DNA of 64,000 bases from the NCBI GenBank assembly GCA_964594925.1, contig CAZQOG010000001.1:3239-67238 (forward strand), in the 5' to 3' direction. The stretch is from an uncultured Desulfohalobiaceae bacterium. GTDB lineage: Bacteria; Desulfobacterota; Desulfovibrionia; Desulfovibrionales; CAZUBS01. Below, piece after piece: positions 24,467 through 34,700 of the stretch. The notes beneath the pieces are model-generated. The model saw nothing but the letters and a program-made list of their open reading frames with translations, was not told the origin of the DNA and ran no database searches. Every line of letters starts with the position of its first letter. Position 1 is the stretch's first letter. The translations under genes were made by a program, and so were the position numbers.

Positions 24467-25135
24467 TTGTCCGAGACCAGCTACTCGATCCTGATCGCCG
24501 ACGACCACTCCCTGATGCGGGAGGGCCTCAAGCACATCCTGCACTCCCGGCCCATGTTCAAGGTTGTGGGCGAGGCGGACAATGGCTTCGAGGCGGTCAG
24601 CCAGTTCCACAAGCTCAAGCCCGACCTGGTCATCATGGACCTGGGCATGCCCAAGAAGGACGGGGAGACCGCCATCCGGGAGATCCTGTCCAGCGACCCC
24701 AAGGCCAGGATCCTGGTGCTGACCGGGTACGATGCCGACGAGTACGTCTTCTCGGCCCTCAAGGCCGGGGCCAATGGGTTCGTGCTCAAGGACTGCGACT
24801 GGAACGAGATGGTCACGGCCATCTGCACCGTGCTGGACGGAAAGTGCTATCTCACCCCGCGCATCTCGGAAAAGGTCATCAAGGGCTACCTGCTGGGCAA
24901 GGAAAGCCAGCGAAACGCCCAGTCCGTGGGCCAACTCTCGCCGCGCGAGCTGGACGTGCTCAAGCTCATCGCCCTCAGGTTCAAGAACAAGGAGATCGGG
25001 GACAAGCTGTTCATCAGCGTCAAGACCGTGGAAAAGCACAGGGCCAACCTGATGCGCAAGCTGGACCTGCACAGCGCCACCGAGCTGATTGCCTTTGCCG
25101 AGGCAGCAGGCCTGACCCAGGAAGCAGACACCTAG
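24467..25135 (+). CDS. NarL/FixJ (LuxR)-family response regulator
   Basis: REC domain (ILIADDHSLMREGL...DLVIMDLGMPKKDG) plus LuxR HTH (LSPRELDVLKLIALRFKNKEIGDKLFISVKTVEKHR). Start proposed at TTG 24467 with GGAG 7 nt upstream. The track ORF starts at 24263, which is probably too long. Confidence 0.8.
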   Translation: MSETSYSILIADDHSLMREGLKHILHSRPMFKVVGEADNGFEAVSQFHKLKPDLVIMDLGMPKKDGETAIREILSSDPKARILVLTGYDADEYVFSALKAGANGFVLKDCDWNEMVTAICTVLDGKCYLTPRISEKVIKGYLLGKESQRNAQSVGQLSPRELDVLKLIALRFKNKEIGDKLFISVKTVEKHRANLMRKLDLHSATELIAFAEAAGLTQEADT

Positions 25136-25165
25136 CAGCCCGTTGAAAAATCCCCGCTGGACTCG

Positions 25166-25305
25166 TTGAAGCTGGAAGCTCGAAGCTCGAAGCTTGAAGC
25201 AAGAGAGGAAGTTCGAAGCTCGAAGTCGGAAGCTGGAAGCAAACCAGGAAGAACAAATACAATTTGGGAACTCGATTCTTTTCTTTCCTTCGAACTTCGA
25301 ACTTA
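25166..25305 (+). repeat. 140-bp heptad element (family A) with a unique core
   Basis: TTGAAGCTGGAAGCTCGAAGCTCGAAGCTTGAAGCAAGAGAGGAAGTTCGAAGCTCGAAGTCGGAAGCTGGAAGCAAACCAGGAAGAACAAATACAAT...CTTCGAACTTCGAAC. A copy about 90 percent similar (aligned by eye) lies in reverse orientation at 44779-44915. Confidence 0.85.
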
Positions 25306-25382
25306 ACCTCCACCCACAGTGTCTGGCGATAAAGGACAACGGCAGGCTGCGTGTAACCGGTTGTAGTAGGGGCACCCGTTCC

Positions 25383-25446
25383 CACTCAATCACCAATCGG
25401 CCAATACAACATCCAACCAATCAACCACTAACCCAATCCAACACCT
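25383..25446 (+). promoter_or_regulatory. G-depleted CCAAT/AACCA-rich leader without SD
   Basis: CACTCAATCACCAATCGGCCAATACAACATCCAACCAATCAACCACTAACCCAATCCAACACCT-ATG; 2 G in 64 nt. Confidence 0.35.
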
Positions 25447-26862
25447 ATGCGCCTTTTGATCTGTGGTGCGGGCAGTGTGACCCGCGAGCTTCTCAGCCGC
25501 CTGGGCAGGCGCTGGAAGGTCACCGTGGTCGATGTGGGGGAAGACACCCTGCAGGACCTGGCCGCACGGTCGGCGATCGTGGTCAAGACCGTGACGGGGG
25601 ACCCCTCGAGCCCGGTCGTCCTGGACAGGGGCGACCTCGAGGCACAGGAGTACGTCCTGGCCTTGAGCGACGACGACCAGGTCAACCTGGCCGTGGTCCG
25701 GTTCGCCAGGGAGAAGAAGATCCGCCACATCCTGGCCCGGGTCCACGACTCGGAGGTGGCGCCCAAGTTTCAGAAGCTCGGCGCCCGCGTCCTTCCCGGT
25801 CCGGCCCTGCTGGCCCGCAACATCTTCCACTACCTGCAGAACCCGACGGTCAACGTCACTCCCCTGGCCTCCGGCATGGGAGAGGTCCTGGAGATGGAGG
25901 TCACGCCCAAGCTCTGGGTGCACGACCACCGGGTGGAGTCGCTCCACGAACAGGGCTGGCGTGTCGTGGGCATTGTGCGTGACGGCAGCCTGATGTTCCC
26001 CAGTCCCGAGACCATTGTCCAGGCCAGGGACAAGCTGGTCATCCTGGGCCGGCCCGACCTGATGCAGCCGGTGTGCAACCGCATGGAGTGCGGCCTGCCC
26101 CACTTCCCCCTCTCCCACGGGGGAGGCATGCTCCTTTGTCTGACTGGTGACGACGCAAAGCAGCAGAGCGGGACCCTGGCCGAGGGCATGCACCTGGCCC
26201 AGAACCTTCAGCTGGAGCAGGTCACGGTTTTGCATGAACAGGAAGGAAACACCTTGGAGGAGCAGGTTACGGACTGGGAGCAAAGTTTGGATCTACAGCG
26301 CAAGACAGTGTCCGGGGAGGTCCTCGGACATCTGGAGTCGCAGTGCAGGACCCTCCGGCCCGGACTGGTGGTCATCCGGCCCTTCAGCCAGTCCTTTTGG
26401 AAATCCTTCATCACCTCCCCCCTGGTGGGGTTGGCCCACACCATCCAGCGCCCGGTGCTCATCTCCCGGAACACCGAGCCCTACCGCAGAATCCTGGTTC
26501 CCTTTGTGGCCTCCCCCAGGGCGGAGTCAGCCCTGGAGGTCGCCCTGGACCTGGCCGGGCAGCTCGACGCCGAGGTCTCCATAATCTTTGTGGAGGAACC
26601 GGAGTTCTTCCACGGGGAAGACGCCCAGGAACAGGTCAGCTCCGTTTTGCGCCGGGCCCGGAAGATCGCGCACATGCGGCAGCACCCCCTCAAGGAAATC
26701 GTGCTCGAGGGCAACCCGGTCAAGGAGGTGACCAGGGAAGCCCACGACTTCGACCTCATGGTCCTTGGCAGCGACACCAAGGAGAAGGCCTTTTTCGCCC
26801 CCCACCTAAGCGAGCTGCTGGCCCAGAAGTCCCCCTGCTCGGTGCTGATCATCACCTCCTGA
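25447..26862 (+). CDS. TrkA-N/TrkA-C (RCK) domain protein fused to universal stress protein (Usp) domains
   Basis: 471 aa. MRLLICGAGSVTRELL GxGxxG motif. C-terminal Usp-like RRILVPFVASPRAESALEVALDLA...DLMVLGSD...SPCSVLIITS. Confidence 0.75.
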   Translation: MRLLICGAGSVTRELLSRLGRRWKVTVVDVGEDTLQDLAARSAIVVKTVTGDPSSPVVLDRGDLEAQEYVLALSDDDQVNLAVVRFAREKKIRHILARVHDSEVAPKFQKLGARVLPGPALLARNIFHYLQNPTVNVTPLASGMGEVLEMEVTPKLWVHDHRVESLHEQGWRVVGIVRDGSLMFPSPETIVQARDKLVILGRPDLMQPVCNRMECGLPHFPLSHGGGMLLCLTGDDAKQQSGTLAEGMHLAQNLQLEQVTVLHEQEGNTLEEQVTDWEQSLDLQRKTVSGEVLGHLESQCRTLRPGLVVIRPFSQSFWKSFITSPLVGLAHTIQRPVLISRNTEPYRRILVPFVASPRAESALEVALDLAGQLDAEVSIIFVEEPEFFHGEDAQEQVSSVLRRARKIAHMRQHPLKEIVLEGNPVKEVTREAHDFDLMVLGSDTKEKAFFAPHLSELLAQKSPCSVLIITS

Positions 26863-26866
26863 CGCC

Positions 26867-28015
26867 ATGGTCCTCAGCCAGCCCGTCTCCTTGCTCCTGG
26901 TCTCCATGGCCGCCGCGGTCCTGCCCTGGATCAGCCGCTGGCTCCGTGTCCCGTCCGTGGTCATGGAAATCCTGTTCGGGGTGGTGCTCGGCAAGAGTTT
27001 GCTCCAGCTGCAACTCGGCGGGGAGTGGATGCCGATCCTGGCCGAGCTGGGCTTTTTGCTGCTCATGTTCCACTCCGGCATGGAGATCAACTTCAACATG
27101 CTCCTCGCGCAGAGCCGGCGAAATCTCCTGGTCCAGCTGGGCATATTCGCCGCCACCCTGGCCATGGCCGTGGGTGTGGCCGTTCTGATCGGCCGGGGCG
27201 TTTTCCTGGCCCTGGTGCTCTCCACCACCTCCCTGGGCCTGGTCATGCCCACCCTCAAGGAGGCAGGGCTCTCCCGGACCGCCACGGGCCAGTCCGTGCT
27301 GGTGGCGGCCACCCTGGCCGACTTCCTGACCCTGTTCGGCATCACCATGTTCCTGCTCTGGAACGACAGCGGGCTGAGCCTGCAGCTTTTGACCCCCTTC
27401 CCCCTGTTTCTGGGCTTCGGGGTCCTGCTCTGGGCGGGCAGGCTCTGGGCCTGGTGGCACCCTCGCCAGGCCGGCCGTTTTCTGGGTCCCTCGGACAGCC
27501 AGGAGATCGGGGTCCGCTACTCCCTGGCCCTGCTGTTTTTGTTCGTGGCCCTGTCGGAGCTGGTGCACATGGAGCCCGTGCTCGGCGCCTTCATGGGCGG
27601 CTGCGTCATCGCCTTTGTGTTCCGGGGGAAGATCGACCTGGAAGGCAAGATCTCCGTCCTGGGATTCGGCTTCCTGATCCCCATCTTCTTCATCCACGTG
27701 GGCATGCAGTTCGACGTGGCTTCCCTGCTCAGCCCGGGCCAGATCCTGTTCACCCTGGTGCTGCTGGCGGCCGCCCTGGCGGTCAAGATCGTGCCCGCCC
27801 TGCTCTTCGTGCTGCTCCGGATGCCCCTGCGCGCCGCCCTGCGCAACGGGATCCTGCTCTCCTCCCGGTTGAGCCTCATCGTGGCAGCAGCCTCCATCGG
27901 GCTGGAGCAGGGCTTCCTGGACCAGCCCACCAAGGACGCCGTCGTCTTCCTGGCCCTCCTGACCTGCTTCCTCGGCCCGACCCTGTTCAAGCTTTTGAAG
28001 GAGAAAAGAAGCTAG
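26867..28015 (+). CDS. cation:proton antiporter (CPA2 / Kef-type Na+/H+ exchanger family)
   Basis: 382 aa polytopic membrane protein. ILAELGFLLLMFHSGMEIN motif. Starts 5 nt after the RCK/Usp gene. Confidence 0.8.
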   Translation: MVLSQPVSLLLVSMAAAVLPWISRWLRVPSVVMEILFGVVLGKSLLQLQLGGEWMPILAELGFLLLMFHSGMEINFNMLLAQSRRNLLVQLGIFAATLAMAVGVAVLIGRGVFLALVLSTTSLGLVMPTLKEAGLSRTATGQSVLVAATLADFLTLFGITMFLLWNDSGLSLQLLTPFPLFLGFGVLLWAGRLWAWWHPRQAGRFLGPSDSQEIGVRYSLALLFLFVALSELVHMEPVLGAFMGGCVIAFVFRGKIDLEGKISVLGFGFLIPIFFIHVGMQFDVASLLSPGQILFTLVLLAAALAVKIVPALLFVLLRMPLRAALRNGILLSSRLSLIVAAASIGLEQGFLDQPTKDAVVFLALLTCFLGPTLFKLLKEKRS

Positions 28016-28132
28016 AAGCTGGAAGCTCGAAGCTCGAAGCTCGAAGCTAGAAGCTGGAAGCTGGCCTGCCCTCCGTAGCTTCATGCGAAGGGGGGAAGCA
28101 AGAGAATTTGAAGTTCGAAGCTGGAAGCTGGC
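28008..28132 (+). repeat. heptad element (family A): 8 perfectly phased GAAGCTN units, then GGCCTGCCCTCCGTAGCTTCATGCGAAGGGGGGAAGCAAGAG and a second short run
   Basis: GAAGCT at 28008, 28015, 28022, 28029, 28036, 28043, 28050 and 28057. The antiporter stop TAG (28013-28015) lies inside the first units. Confidence 0.9.
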
Positions 28133-28190
28133 CTGGATGCAGGTAATCTTCTGTTTGAGATTTTTTTCCCGCACACCGATATCCATTCTC

Positions 28191-28285
28191 TGTAGAGGCA
28201 CGTTGCACGTGCCCTGCCTTTGACAGAGGGCCGGACGTGGTTACAGAACGGATCGGCAAGAGGGCGCGTGCAACGTGCCCCTACA
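28191..28285. repeat. REPIN-like element (variant family D)
   Basis: TGTAGAGGCACGTTGCACGTGCCCT ... AGGGCGCGTGCAACGTGCCCCTACA. Two inverted hairpins with GTAG...CTAC ends. Confidence 0.75.
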
Positions 28286-28300
28286 CCTGTGACCTGAGGA

Positions 28301-29455
28301 TTGTGGTTTTTGGGCATGCACATCGATCCCCACAAACAGCGGATGCTCCAGGACCGCCTCCTGGACTGGTTTGCCGCGAACCAGCGCGACCTTCCCTGGC
28401 GCAGAGGGTACGACCCCTATGCGGTCTGGGTTTCGGAGGTCATGCTGCAGCAGACCCAGATGGGCAGGGCCGTGGCCTACTTCGAGCGCTGGATGGAACG
28501 CTTCCCCGACCCCGCGGCCCTGGCCGCGGCCGACCCGGAGGAGGTGCTGCTGCTCTGGGAGGGCCTGGGCTACTACTCCCGGGCCAGGAACCTGCAAAAG
28601 GCCGCGGCCGTCCTGATCCGGGACCACGGCGGCGCCCTGCCCTCCGACCGCGAGTCCCTGCTTCGCCTCCCCGGCATCGGACCCTACACTGCCGGGGCCA
28701 TTTGCAGCATCGCCTTCAACCAGCCCGAGACAGCGGTCGACGCCAATGTGGAACGTGTCCTGGCCCGGGTGCTGGACATAGACACACCGGTCAAGCAGTC
28801 CGCTGCAGCGCGCACCATCCGCAGGGCCGCAGCCGGTCTGATCCCTGCAGGCAGGGCCCGCGACTTCAACCAGGCCCTGATGGAGCTGGGGGCCCTGTGC
28901 TGCAGCCCCCGGGATCCCGGGTGCACGGTTTGCCCCCTGCACATCCTGTGCGAGGCCCGCCGGCTGGGCATCGTGTCCGAACGCCCAGTCCCCGGGAAGA
29001 AGCCCCTGATCACCCCCCTTCAGATCGTGGCTGGAGTCCTGGTCCACAAGGGGCGGGTCTTCATTCAGAAACGGCTCCCGGGGTCTGTGTGGGGCGGCCT
29101 GTGGGAGTTCCCCGGGGGCAGGGTCGAGCCTGGAGAAAGCCCGGCCAAGGCCTGCGCCCGGGAGTTTCTGGAGGAGACCGGCTTCCGGGTCCGCGACCTG
29201 CACGAAATGGCCGTGATCCGCCACGGCTACACCACCTACAGGGTCCGCCTGCACTGCTTTTCCTGCTCCCTGCCGGGCAGGTCAAAAGAGCCGCTGCTCA
29301 CCGCCGCCCAGGACTATCGCTGGGCCCTGCCCGAAGAGCTGGACGGCTTTGCCTTCCCCGCTGCCCACCGCAAGCTCATCGACACGATGGCCGGGGATGA
29401 CCGGTTCCGGGGCAGGCTCAAGCAAACCTTCGGGCTGAAGGACACCAATCGGTGA
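28301..29455 (+). CDS. mutY: A/G-specific adenine DNA glycosylase
   Basis: 384 aa. DLPWRR..DPYAVWVSEVMLQQTQ, HhH region, Fe-S cluster CSPRDPGCTVCPLHILC, Nudix-like C-terminus. The start could be a downstream Met. Confidence 0.9.
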   Translation: MWFLGMHIDPHKQRMLQDRLLDWFAANQRDLPWRRGYDPYAVWVSEVMLQQTQMGRAVAYFERWMERFPDPAALAAADPEEVLLLWEGLGYYSRARNLQKAAAVLIRDHGGALPSDRESLLRLPGIGPYTAGAICSIAFNQPETAVDANVERVLARVLDIDTPVKQSAAARTIRRAAAGLIPAGRARDFNQALMELGALCCSPRDPGCTVCPLHILCEARRLGIVSERPVPGKKPLITPLQIVAGVLVHKGRVFIQKRLPGSVWGGLWEFPGGRVEPGESPAKACAREFLEETGFRVRDLHEMAVIRHGYTTYRVRLHCFSCSLPGRSKEPLLTAAQDYRWALPEELDGFAFPAAHRKLIDTMAGDDRFRGRLKQTFGLKDTNR

Positions 29456-29489
29456 TAAATTCAGGTTCATCCGGTTCGAGCGCACTTTT

Positions 29490-29590
29490 TCTGGTAGGGG
29501 CGGCTGGCAGCCGCCCTGCCTTTGGTCGGGACCTCGCTCAGGAACCAATTCTCGGAGATGAAAGGGCGCGTGCCACGCGCCCCTACCAGA
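29490..29590. repeat. REPIN-like element (family C)
   Basis: TCTGGTAGGGGCGGCTGGCAGCCGCCCTGCCTTTGGTCGGG...AGGGCGCGTGCCACGCGCCCCTACCAGA. Flanked by imperfect direct repeats GGTTCATC(C/A)(G/A)GTTCGAGCG at 29464 and 29658. Confidence 0.85.
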
Positions 29591-29923
29591 AAGGAAAGAC
29601 TCGTTCCGGAATATTTTTCATTGGAATCCACGCAAAACGTCGCAGTACCAAGAGTTTCGGTTCATCAAGTTCGAGCGTATTTTTTCAAGGATTGCCCGGT
29701 TTCGGGGAGAGGCCGTGGGTGTTCATGACCAGCAAGAATGGAAATGCGGATCGGTCCGATCGGTCGGATCCGTCAATGCCGCTACAGGACCCCTTGTGGA
29801 TGCGGCTGCACATGCGTAGACTGTTTTTTTTTATGAAAATCCCGGCCACGATGGCCCGCGCCCGATGAACACGGCCTCCCCTCCCGATCATGGCCGCATC
29901 GCGAAAATCGAACCGAGTCTGTC

Positions 29924-31717
29924 TTGAAACGCACCATAGTGTTGATCCTTTTGCTGGCCACACTGCCCCTGGGAAAAGCCCGGGGCGAGCAAACCAACGC
30001 CACGCAAAGCCCGCCCGGTGTACCGTACCAGCCGCAGATAACAGGCCTGACCGACCAGGAGGAGCTGAAGCGGCTCCTGCAATCGGTGTCCACCACCTTT
30101 GAGCAGCAGGACCGGCCGTCCCCGACCGTTCGCCAGCTCCGCCGCAGGGCCATGGGAGACGTCGAGGACATGTCCGAGGCCCTGGGCTCCAGGGGGTATT
30201 TCAAGTCCACGATCCAGCTCGCCCTGCACGAGGAGCCACCTCCTGTACGGGTGGTCTTCACCGTCGACACCGGCCCCAGGTTTGCCTTTGACTCCGTCGA
30301 GGTCCTGGCTGCTGGCAACGGCGTCCTGCCCGAGCTGCCACAGGACCTGTTCGAGGAGCACGGGATGTCCCGCGGCGCACCCTATGCCTCGCGCGTGGTG
30401 CTCGAGGCCGAGCAGGGTCTGGTCGAGCACCTCTCCGAGTCGGGCTACCCTTTCCCGCACATGGAGAAACGCAAGGTCGTTGCCGACCATGCAAAGGAGT
30501 CGGTCTCGGTCACCCTGAGCATTGACCCCGGCCCCTGGGCCCGCTTCGGGCCGGTTCGCTTTTCCGGGCTGGAAACCATCGATCAGGAGTATGTCCGCAG
30601 CAGGATCCCCTGGGACCGGGGGGACACCTTCGACGCCTCCCTGGTGGACCAGGCCCGGACCAGGCTGATCCAAACCGGCCTCTTCTCCTCTGTCTCCATC
30701 CGCAAGGACAGTGTTCGGGAGCAGGAGCTGCCCGTGGAGGTCAGGCTGGTGGAACGGGCACAGCGCACCATCCGGGGCGGCCTAGGCTTCAACACCGACG
30801 AAGGCCCCTACGTCCTCGCCGGATGGGAGCACCGCAACATCCTGGGGGGCGCTGAAAGGCTCTCCCTGTCCGCCAGGGTCAGCAGCCGCACCTACTCGCT
30901 TGAGTCAAGCCTGAGCGAACCGCTCTTCTTTCGCCCGGACCAGACCCTCAACCTGGGCGCCTCCATCGTGGACGAGGACACGGACGCCTTTGACAGCAGG
31001 CGCCTCGAGCTTGCCGCGATCGTGGAACGCCAGATCACGGACCAGCTCTCCCTGGGTGCCGGGGCCCGCTACCGGTACAGCCGCATCCACAGGCTGGACT
31101 CCTCCGACACCTTCGGACTGCTCTCCTTTCCCCTGCTGGCCAGGCTGGACACCAGCGACGACCTGCTCGACCCGTCACGCGGGGGCCGGTTGACAGTCGA
31201 TCTGGCACCCTATGCCGACACCCTGGGCACGGGGGTGTCCTTTCTCAAGGGCCGGGCCTCCTACAGCCGCTACCTCGAGCTCATGCCCGATAAGCGGCTT
31301 ATCCTGGCTCTACGCGGTGCAGCCGGATTCATTACCGGGGACAGCAGGAATCAGGTGCCGGCGGACGAGCTCTTCTATGCCGGCGGCGGGGGTTCCGTGC
31401 GCGGTTACGCCTACCAGGCGGCCGGAGACCTGGACAAGGAGGACGACCCCCTGGGAGGTCTGTCCCTGCTGGAGGTGTCGGGCGAGCTGCGCTATCGGCT
31501 GAGCGACACATTCGGCGTGGTGGCCTTTCTTGACGGAGGCCGGGCCTTTGCCGAAAGAACCCTGGGCAGCGACCCCCTGCTCTGGGGAACCGGCCTGGGG
31601 TTCCGCTACTACTCGCCCATCGGCCCGGTGCGGCTCGACCTGGCCGTGCCCCTGGACAAGCGAAGCGGCGTTGACGACAGCTTCCAGCTCTACATAAGCG
31701 TGGGGCAATCCTTCTGA
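29924..31717 (+). CDS. tamA: translocation and assembly module outer-membrane subunit (BamA/Omp85 family)
   Basis: 597 aa. Signal peptide MKRTIVLILLLATLPLG, POTRA-like repeats, C-terminal barrel ending ...YISVGQSF. Followed 2 nt later by tamB. Confidence 0.85.
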   Translation: MKRTIVLILLLATLPLGKARGEQTNATQSPPGVPYQPQITGLTDQEELKRLLQSVSTTFEQQDRPSPTVRQLRRRAMGDVEDMSEALGSRGYFKSTIQLALHEEPPPVRVVFTVDTGPRFAFDSVEVLAAGNGVLPELPQDLFEEHGMSRGAPYASRVVLEAEQGLVEHLSESGYPFPHMEKRKVVADHAKESVSVTLSIDPGPWARFGPVRFSGLETIDQEYVRSRIPWDRGDTFDASLVDQARTRLIQTGLFSSVSIRKDSVREQELPVEVRLVERAQRTIRGGLGFNTDEGPYVLAGWEHRNILGGAERLSLSARVSSRTYSLESSLSEPLFFRPDQTLNLGASIVDEDTDAFDSRRLELAAIVERQITDQLSLGAGARYRYSRIHRLDSSDTFGLLSFPLLARLDTSDDLLDPSRGGRLTVDLAPYADTLGTGVSFLKGRASYSRYLELMPDKRLILALRGAAGFITGDSRNQVPADELFYAGGGGSVRGYAYQAAGDLDKEDDPLGGLSLLEVSGELRYRLSDTFGVVAFLDGGRAFAERTLGSDPLLWGTGLGFRYYSPIGPVRLDLAVPLDKRSGVDDSFQLYISVGQSF

Positions 31718-31719
31718 CC

Positions 31720-34700
31720 ATGTCCAAGCGCAGGCTGCTCCGGCGCATACTTCGGGCCGCAGGGCTCTCCCTGGCCGCGACCATGCTGATCCTTGGGGGG
31801 ATGTTCGCATTCCTGCAGACGGACATGGGACAATTGTTTCTGGCCAGGTGGCTCTCCGCCTCCCTGAGCTCACCCGGAGCGTCGGTCTCCATCCAGGGGC
31901 TGGGCGGCACCTTCCCCTGGAGCCTGCGCGTCCTGTCCATCGAGGTTGCCGACGACCAGGGGAGCTGGCTCACGGCCGACAACCTCTACCTGCAGCTGAA
32001 GCCCGGCGAGCTTCTCCACGGACGCGCACACCTGCCCCTGATCCAACTGGACAAGCTCAACCTGCACCGCCTGCCAGAAGGACACGACCGTGCGGAACCT
32101 TCCGAAACAGCCACTCTGCCCAGCCTGAACCTGCCTCCGCTGGACATCGATCACCTGGCGGTCGCCTCCCTGGTAATACACGAGCCGCTTGCCCGGCAGC
32201 AGCTGCAGCTCTCCATTACCGGCAGCACCAACCTGGCCGGACCCACCAGCACCGCCCGGCTGACCGCAGCCTCGCTGCAAGGTCCCGAAACCAACCTCCA
32301 AGGGCGTTTCCAGCTCAGCCGCGACGACCCCGGGGGGCTGCTCGTCGACGTGAGCTACTTTGAAGCACCGGGGGGGCTCCTGGGGACCGCTCTGCCCCAG
32401 ACCTCGCAGAATGCTTCTCTCAAGCTCGACCTGAACGGCCAGGGCCCCCTGAGGGACTGGCAGGGGAGCTACTCCATCGCCTGCGGCGACCTGGTCCGCT
32501 CCCGCGGCGACCTGCACCTGGATGGATTGGACAGTGCCCGGCTGACCGTGGACGGGCAAATGACCCTGGAAGCTTCGCTGCTGCCGCCGTGGCTGCGTCA
32601 GGAGCCCGGGCCGGATGGAACCTTCCGTCTTGTCCTGTCCAGGGCAAAGGACGGCGCCGTGCTCCTGAACTCCCTGCGCCTGGAGGGGGGCGGCTCCAAG
32701 CTCGCGCTGCAGGGAGACGTCGACCTGACCCGCGGGGTGCTCCAGGCACAATTTTCCCTGCGCACCCCCCTGGCCGCGGAACTCCTGGACCGGGCCGCCG
32801 ACATCGACGTCCAGGGGCTTACGCGGTTCAGCGGCAGCCTCAAGGGATCCTTTGAGGAACCAATCCTTGCTGTCGCTGCCCCTGCCAGGGCGCTGCGCTT
32901 TCAGGACGTGGGCATCGAAGATGCAGGGGTCGAGGCGACCCTGCATGTTCGGCCATCCGGTCCTCGTGCGGGTCTTAAGGTCAACGCCACCATCCAGGCC
33001 CGCCAGGCAGAGCTTCCAGGATTTACATCACCCCTCTCCCCTGTGTCCCTGGACCTTTCCGGAAGCACCGCGGACTTCACGACCCTGCACCTGGAGCGGG
33101 TGGTCCTGAAGGAGCGCACGGCCATGGTCACCGCGAGGGGCGACCTGAATCTGGACTCCCGCAACGTGAACGCTCGGGTTGAACTGCGCGACCTGGCCCT
33201 CGAGCGACTGTCCGGGATGGCTGCAACCGGGCTTCACGGCGGACTGGACCTGGACCTCGATCTATCTGGAAGCCTGGACCAGCCCCTGTTGAATCTGACC
33301 CTGGAAGGAGCGGTCACCGATCTTGGGGGGGTTCCGAAAGAGGCTTCTCCAATGATCGGGGACCATATCTCCCTGGATGGCGGCGGCTCGCTGCGGGGGT
33401 CGCGGCTCCAGGTGGACTCTCTCCAGGTCAGCGGTCTGAGCACCCTGTCCCTGAACGGCACCGTGGATGTCGCCTCGAATGCATTCGACCTGGAGTACGC
33501 CATTGCCTCTGGCGACCCGGCCCCGCTGCTGGCCTCCACACCGGTTTCTATGGACGCCCCCCCACAATTTCACGGAACCCTGCAAGGCACTGATGGCGAC
33601 TTCACCCTGAAGCTTGTGGCCGAAACACCCCTGCTGGCCGTTGCCGGCCGGGAGCTGCACTCACCAGCCCTCAGCTTCGAGCTGAGCTCCCTGCCGGAAA
33701 CAGGGTTCACGGGCAGGGCCGGGCTGCGGGCCGACTTCCAGGGGAGGCCGCTGACGGGCAGCCTGGACCTGCAACTGCCCGGAAAGGAGCTTTTGCTGAA
33801 CAACATCCTGCTGCGGTCCGGCAGCACCGAGCTTCAGGGATCCGCCACCATTTCCACGGGCCCGTACATGGTTCAGGCAAAGGCACGCCTGCTGGCGCCC
33901 GACCTGTCCCTGTGGGAGGACCTCGTCCCCCTGGACGGGCCGGCCGGCTCCCTGGACGCCGCCCTCCGGGCCCGCTTCGACCGGACCCTGCAGATGGACA
34001 TGGAGGGCGAGATCGTCGGACTCTCCCTGGCCCGGACCTCGATCAAGCAAGCGAGCTTTGAGCTCTCCGGCGAAAATCTGCTTGCTGACCCTGAGTTCAC
34101 CACCACTGTGCAGGCCAGGGAAATGCGCTGGAAGCACGCCCTGCTCCCAAGCACGCGGCTCACCCTTTCCGGGACCCCGAACAGGATCGGCTTCACCGGC
34201 AGCCTCAGCGCCCTGGCACCCATGCGCGGCTCCCTCGACCTGTCCGGGCAGGTCGAACGCCGGGAGTCCGGGACGCTCCTGACCCTTGACAACCTGCAGG
34301 GCCGGGCGGACCGGGTGGACTTCGCCCTGGACGGTCCCGCGGACATCCGCTTCGCCCCGGGCTCCTTGACCATCAGGGATCTTGCCTTGCACACCGATCA
34401 CGGCCTTCTCAACCTGGAGGGCACGGCGGATGAAGACGCCCTGGATGTCCGGGCGGTGATGGAGGATCTGGACCCGGCCCTGTTCAGCGCCCTGGCCGGC
34501 CTGCCCCTGGAGGGCAGGATCTCCGGCAAGGCCACGCTCACGGGCGAGGCCGACGCCCCGCTGCTCCAGGCCGACTTCTCCGGGCGGGACCTTCAGGTGG
34601 CCTCCGGGCGTATCGGACAGCTCAGCCCCTTTGACATGACTGCCGCCCTGCGCATGACAGGGCGGCAGACAGACATTCAGGGCACCATCAGCGGCTTTGA

